Shown: piece after piece, positions 62,777-64,000 of the stretch
Numbering within the stretch: position 1 is the stretch's first letter
Layout of the letters: every line of letters starts with the position of its first letter
Source of the DNA: Nitrospirota bacterium
Lineage (GTDB): Bacteria > Nitrospirota > Thermodesulfovibrionia > Thermodesulfovibrionales > Dissulfurispiraceae
NCBI GenBank assembly: GCA_963790025.1
Contig: CAWBMP010000002.1
Location: 416,001 to 480,000, forward strand
DNA: 64,000 nt
Direction of reading: 5' to 3'
The notes under the pieces: model-generated
Databases searched by the model: none
What the model saw: the letters and a program-made list of their open reading frames with translations, nothing else
Told to the model about the DNA's origin: nothing
Made by a program: the position numbers and the translations under genes

Positions 62777-63811
62777 CTACTTGCTGCCTACTCTTTTGAA
62801 TACGTCATTATAAAAAGCTGCATCGATATTCCAATCCATCTGCAGGCTGTAAACAGTATCCGGGATTTTTAATGTTTTGAGTTTGATCATGTCCTTTTCA
62901 GTTGTCATCAGGAGATCACAATTAAGCGCCCTGCTTAGCCGGTCAAGATGACGGACGTCAGCGGGTGTATAAAAATGATGGTCTCTATACACCTTAAATC
63001 CCGGAAGTCGTACCGGAAGTGACAAAAGAGTCCGCTCGAATGATCCCGGATGCGCTATCCCGCAGAAAGCCAATACTCTTTTGTACCTCAAAGCCTCAAG
63101 CGGAAATTCCGCGTCCACTCTGTTTCTGGCCCCTATCACCCTGTATTCGGAAAAGTAGACCGGCTTCCCCGGCCATGCATGCCTGAGTTCATCGGCCATC
63201 TGTTCATTGCGGTGTCTGGTTATTACAAAAATATCGGCACGCTTCAGCTCACTGAGCGGCTCCCTCAACAGACCGAGAGGGAGCAACTTCCTGTTGCCAA
63301 AAGGATTAAGGCCGTCAATAAGGACAACATCTATGTCACGGTGAAGCCTCCAGTGCTGGAAACCGTCGTCAAGGATAAATATAAAAGGCGCGGAGGCCGC
63401 AAATGAAAAAGATTGAAGGGCGAATATTCCCCCTGCGTATCTGCTCGCAGATTTTATAACAGGCACACCCTTCAACCTTTCCGCCATAAGCACCGGTTCG
63501 TCACCCGCATCTTTAACAGCCTGAATTACGTTGCCGGGGTCTCCCAGGTAATTCCTGACAGGCAGATTCTTAGGCGATACAACACGGGGTCCCTTCACCC
63601 TGCCCTTGTATCCTCTTGTCAGAATTACAGGACTGAAGCCCCTCCTTATGGATTCCTCGGCAACTGCAATGGTGGCCGGAGTCTTTCCGGTACCGCCGAC
63701 AGTAATGTTGCCGATACTGATTACAGGATAAGGGAGCCTTCTCTGAAGCCTTAAGCTGCGCTGTTTTTTAAGTACATAGCCGGTATAATAAAGAAATTCC
63801 AAGGGCGTCAT
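62777..63811 (-). CDS. lpxK: Tetraacyldisaccharide 4'-kinase
   Basis: SIGNITVGGTGKTP, GDEP, LDDGFQH, TTEKD. Confidence 0.96.
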   Translation of the reverse strand: MTPLEFLYYTGYVLKKQRSLRLQRRLPYPVISIGNITVGGTGKTPATIAVAEESIRRGFSPVILTRGYKGRVKGPRVVSPKNLPVRNYLGDPGNVIQAVKDAGDEPVLMAERLKGVPVIKSASRYAGGIFALQSFSFAASAPFIFILDDGFQHWRLHRDIDVVLIDGLNPFGNRKLLPLGLLREPLSELKRADIFVITRHRNEQMADELRHAWPGKPVYFSEYRVIGARNRVDAEFPLEALRYKRVLAFCGIAHPGSFERTLLSLPVRLPGFKVYRDHHFYTPADVRHLDRLSRALNCDLLMTTEKDMIKLKTLKIPDTVYSLQMDWNIDAAFYNDVFKRVGSK

Positions 63812-64000
63812 TTTAAAATCTCCTCTATGATTTCCATTGCCCTTTCGGTAGCGCCGGCGTTTTTTACATAAAGGTCCTTTGCAATGCTGCCCATGTGCCG
63901 TATCTGTTCAGGAGAATCAAGCAATTCTTTCAAAATATTATAAAGCAGCGGCGCTTCCGCCATGACAGCCCCTCCTTTGGAATAGAACTCCCCTATAAAA
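63808..64000 (-). CDS. waaA: Kdo transferase, 3' end (partial)
   Basis: ...KELLDSPEQIRHMG...KNAGATERAMEII; ATGA overlap with lpxK; usual synteny. Confidence 0.75.
   Translation of the reverse strand, partial: FIGEFYSKGGAVMAEAPLLYNILKELLDSPEQIRHMGSIAKDLYVKNAGATERAMEIIEEILK

Overview
A core chromosomal region of a diderm bacterium. Gene content and style suggest Nitrospirota (Thermodesulfovibrionia-like); this is inference only. From left to right: the 5' part of serA; two back-to-back tripartite ABC export systems, one with a tandem-duplicated adaptor gene; a divergent sigma-54-type promoter driving a His-tract, low-complexity protein; DUF4139 and HD-GYP genes; and an atypical Fe/Mn SOD followed by two unannotated 37- and 34-aa membrane peptides that resemble cytochrome b559 alpha/beta. 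Next come a YyaL-like thioredoxin protein, an HDOD/hybrid-kinase module, a RelE pseudogene, CaCA antiporter, USP, csp and HU. DNA polymerase I is split into two ORFs, followed by a ROK kinase, lepA-lepB, ribE-ribBA, two tRNA clusters and tuf-rpmG-trnW-secE-nusG-rplKAJL-rpoBC (rplJ needs a CTG or ATT start). A small accessory patch holds a GEMM-I riboswitch, a group IIC intron remnant and a DUF4258/DUF2283 pair. The window ends with a porin, a TPR protein, tRNA-Val, two acyltransferase-3 genes, ilvA, a secreted 20-Cys metallothionein-like repeat protein, nifU-nifS, lpxK and the end of waaA. Many intergenic spacers contain long inverted repeats whose arms are built from degenerate 6-9 nt tandem units. 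All family calls come from motif recognition by eye; no database search was run.
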